Assembly: GCA_964385865.1 (NCBI GenBank)
Contig: CAYLQK010000001.1
Location: 1 to 36,317 of the forward strand
Length of the DNA stretch: 36,317 nucleotides
Source of the DNA: an uncultured Clostridia bacterium
GTDB lineage: Bacteria > Bacillota > Clostridia > Christensenellales > Borkfalkiaceae
Direction of reading: 5' to 3'
In this document: piece after piece, positions 34,158 to 36,317 of the stretch
Numbering within the stretch: position 1 is the first letter of the stretch
How the letters are laid out: each line of letters begins with the position of its first letter
Notes under the pieces: model-generated
Told to the model about the DNA's origin: nothing
The model's database searches: none
The model's input: the letters and a program-made list of their open reading frames with translations, nothing else
Program-made: the position numbers and the translations under genes

Positions 34158-35988
34158 TGTTGCCACCTCCGTAAACTTCTGTTACTTTACGGGCAAAATC
34201 CATTGCGGTACAGTCGCTTTCTATTATTATCCGAGATTTTTTAAGTTCTGCGCTTATCTTGACGGTCAACGGGACGTCAAGACCCAAGGCCAACAATTCC
34301 TCATCGCGGGCGAACAATTTCGAAGGATAATCGCACATTACGACTTCACCTTCGGAGATAACCGCGGCTTTCGTACAGTTCTCCGCCACTTCGTCCATAT
34401 CGTGGGATACTATAATGACCGTCTTACACCATTCCCGATGAAGTTTATGGAGAAGCTCCATTATTTCCTTTTTGCCGAGAGGATCGAGACCCGCCGCAGG
34501 TTCGTCAAGAATGAGTATCTGCGGTTTCGTTACTATAACGCCCGCGATCGCAACGCGTCTTTTTTGTCCCCCCGACAAATCGAACGGAGACTTGTCCTTG
34601 ACCTCCTCATAGTCGAGGCCGACGATTTCTATGCTCTCCTTGACGGCAAGCTCAATCTCTTCGGGCTTGAGGTCTTTTTTGAAATTTTTCAGACCGAACG
34701 CAACGTCGGCGAACACCGTTTCGGCAAACAGCTGGTATTCGGGGTACTGAAAAACCATACCCACGTTCGAACGCAGAGCCTTAAAATCGGTTTTTTTATT
34801 AGCAAGGTCGAACCGTCCTACCGTTATCTTGGGCAATATTGGAGGCGTCTGACCCTTTTTCACTCTCTTTGCGCGGTATTTTTTCTCGGCTTGCGGAAGC
34901 TTTAATAATGCGTTAAGATGCTGAATCAGCGTTGATTTACCGCTGCCTGTATGACCGATAATACCGAAAAATTCGCCCTCATCCACGTGAAGATCTATAC
35001 CTTTCAGCGCTTTCGTCGAGAAAGGGGATTTTTGGGAATAGGTAAACGTGAGATCTTTCACGTCTATATCCCATTCGTGCGTTGAATTTATTTCGGTATG
35101 CGAAACTTCCCGGGAACGCGCCGAAGTTATGCCTTTTTCCGCGAAGTTTCGTATGATTTCGGAGGCAAGTTCTTCCGCGTGCAGAACGTTCTTCACGCTC
35201 ATACCCGAACCGTTCAGTATATTTATAATTTCGGTGATTCGGGGAAGACAGAGATTGTAGGTTTCAAGTTTGTCTCCGCTTTCGAAAATCTCTTCGGGAG
35301 TGCCCATAAGCACAATTTCCCCGCGGTTCATAACAATCGTACGGTCGGCAAGTAGCGCTTCTTCCATAAAGTGCGTAATAAGAATGACCGTCATTCCCTC
35401 TTCCCTGTTGAGTCTGCGCACAACGTCGATTACCTCGCGCCTGCCCTTGGGGTCGAGCATTGCCGTAGATTCGTCCAGAACGAGGATTTCGGGCTTCATC
35501 GCGAGGACGCCGGCAACCGCTATGCGCTGTTTCTGCCCGCCCGAAAGGCGCGTTGGCGTGGAACGTCTGTATTTTTCCATTCCTACCGCTTTGAGCGCCC
35601 ACTCTATTCTTTCGCCTATCTCTTCGCGCGCAACGCCTATATTTTCGGGACCGAAAGCGACGTCGTCCTCGACTATCGAAGCTACCATTTGGTTATCGGG
35701 GTTCTGAAATACGATGCCCGCTCGCTTTCTTATCTCCAGAGAATTTTTACCTTCGGCGACGTTTAAGCCAAGCACCGTTATCTTGCCCGAATCGGCTTCT
35801 AAAAGTCCGTTGATAAGCCTTGCCAACGTCGATTTACCGCTGCCGTTATGGCCGATTACCGAGAGAAACTCTCCTCGCCTTACGGAAAGGGTTACGCCGT
35901 TTACCGCATATACTCCCTCCGAGCCGGGGTAAGAAAATTTAACGTTTTCAAACTCTATTACGTTGTCGGTCACAATCTCTTCCGCCAT
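34150..35988 (-). CDS. ecfA: fused tandem ECF transporter ATPase (EcfA1-EcfA2 in one polypeptide)
   Basis: Two complete ABC cassettes. The first has GHNGSGKST / LSGGQKQRIA / LVLDEST and the second GHTGSGKST / LSGGQKRRVA / LILDEPAA. ATG 35988 lies 5 nt behind GAGGA. Confidence 0.9.
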   Translation of the reverse strand: MAEEIVTDNVIEFENVKFSYPGSEGVYAVNGVTLSVRRGEFLSVIGHNGSGKSTLARLINGLLEADSGKITVLGLNVAEGKNSLEIRKRAGIVFQNPDNQMVASIVEDDVAFGPENIGVAREEIGERIEWALKAVGMEKYRRSTPTRLSGGQKQRIAVAGVLAMKPEILVLDESTAMLDPKGRREVIDVVRRLNREEGMTVILITHFMEEALLADRTIVMNRGEIVLMGTPEEIFESGDKLETYNLCLPRITEIINILNGSGMSVKNVLHAEELASEIIRNFAEKGITSARSREVSHTEINSTHEWDIDVKDLTFTYSQKSPFSTKALKGIDLHVDEGEFFGIIGHTGSGKSTLIQHLNALLKLPQAEKKYRAKRVKKGQTPPILPKITVGRFDLANKKTDFKALRSNVGMVFQYPEYQLFAETVFADVAFGLKNFKKDLKPEEIELAVKESIEIVGLDYEEVKDKSPFDLSGGQKRRVAIAGVIVTKPQILILDEPAAGLDPLGKKEIMELLHKLHREWCKTVIIVSHDMDEVAENCTKAAVISEGEVVMCDYPSKLFARDEELLALGLDVPLTVKISAELKKSRIIIESDCTAMDFARKVTEVYGGGNNA

Positions 35989-36170
35989 TGAGTTCCTCAA
36001 TATGTCCCGATTTTTCTGATTTTGTAAATTATACCATTAAAAAAAATTTTTAACAACAAATTGCGCATACGATAATGCGATAAGCGGATAAAATTTTTTT
36101 TCACAAAGATTTTCTCAAACAGTTTTTTATCTTTTTTGTATTAAATTAAAAAATATATTTATAAGGTGTA

Positions 36171-36199
36171 TTGACAATTTTTATGTTTTGAAGTATAAT
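36171..36199 (+). promoter_or_regulatory. consensus sigma-A promoter for the PFOR gene
   Basis: TTGACA, 17 nt, TATAAT, both hexamers perfect. Confidence 0.75.
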
Positions 36200-36207
36200 T
36201 AGTTGAG

Positions 36208-36221
36208 TGCAAAAGTTTGCA
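36208..36221. promoter_or_regulatory. candidate operator palindrome at about +2 to +16 of the PFOR transcript
   Basis: TGCAAA-AG-TTTGCA, perfect 6-bp arms with a 2-nt spacer. The loop is too short for an RNA hairpin, so a DNA-binding site is more plausible. Confidence 0.3.
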
Positions 36222-36262
36222 TATTCTGTAACTTATTAAAAATTAAATTCGGAGGTTTTTTG

Positions 36263-36317
36263 ATGAAAAAATTGACTATCGACGGTAATACCGCCGCGAG
36301 CCACGTTGCGTATGCCT
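36263..36317 (+). CDS. nifJ: pyruvate:ferredoxin (flavodoxin) oxidoreductase, 5' fragment running off the window
   Basis: MKKLTIDGNTAASHVAYA matches the conserved PFOR N-terminus (..DGNTAAAHVAYA..). RBS is GGAGG. Confidence 0.65.
   Translation, partial: MKKLTIDGNTAASHVAYA

Noticed and set aside
1-36317. CRISPR arrays, defence systems (restriction-modification, toxin-antitoxin, retron, CBASS-like), transposons or prophage.
   Set aside because: No spaced direct repeats and no nuclease, reverse transcriptase, transposase or integrase signatures appear in any frame. Every sizeable ORF is either housekeeping or one of the uncharacterised envelope proteins listed above.

Overview
The window looks like a chromosomal segment from an anaerobic, spore-forming Firmicute (Clostridia-like). 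Coding regions have moderate GC, intergenic DNA is very AT-rich, and the marker genes are spoVAC, a SpoVB-type flippase, PFL, PFOR and an ECF transporter. About 85% is coding, mostly on the minus strand.

From left to right:
- tRNA-Thr(CGU)
- a membrane protein plus polysaccharide deacetylase pair
- a complete pyrB-pyrC-pyrF-pyrK-pyrD-pyrE operon
- a metallophosphoesterase
- a LysM plus Cys-rich two-gene unit, divergent from a SpoVB/MurJ-type flippase
- a split TSUP transporter
- a 1280-aa surface protein
- spoVAC, an SDR and a ZIP transporter
- a Nudix-GNAT / SDR / thyA / folA operon
- pflA-pflB behind what I read as a ZTP (pfl-motif) riboswitch
- a cdaA / micro-ORF / DUF1015 / lysC unit
- holA, mnmE-lysR and a Q/N-tailed membrane protein
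- fused ecfA, then ecfT and truA
- the first 18 codons of a pyruvate:ferredoxin oxidoreductase

I found no CRISPR array, transposase, integrase, phage gene or recognisable defence system. The candidates for undescribed biology are uncharacterised proteins in informative contexts and several regulatory leaders. None of them can be proven from sequence alone.
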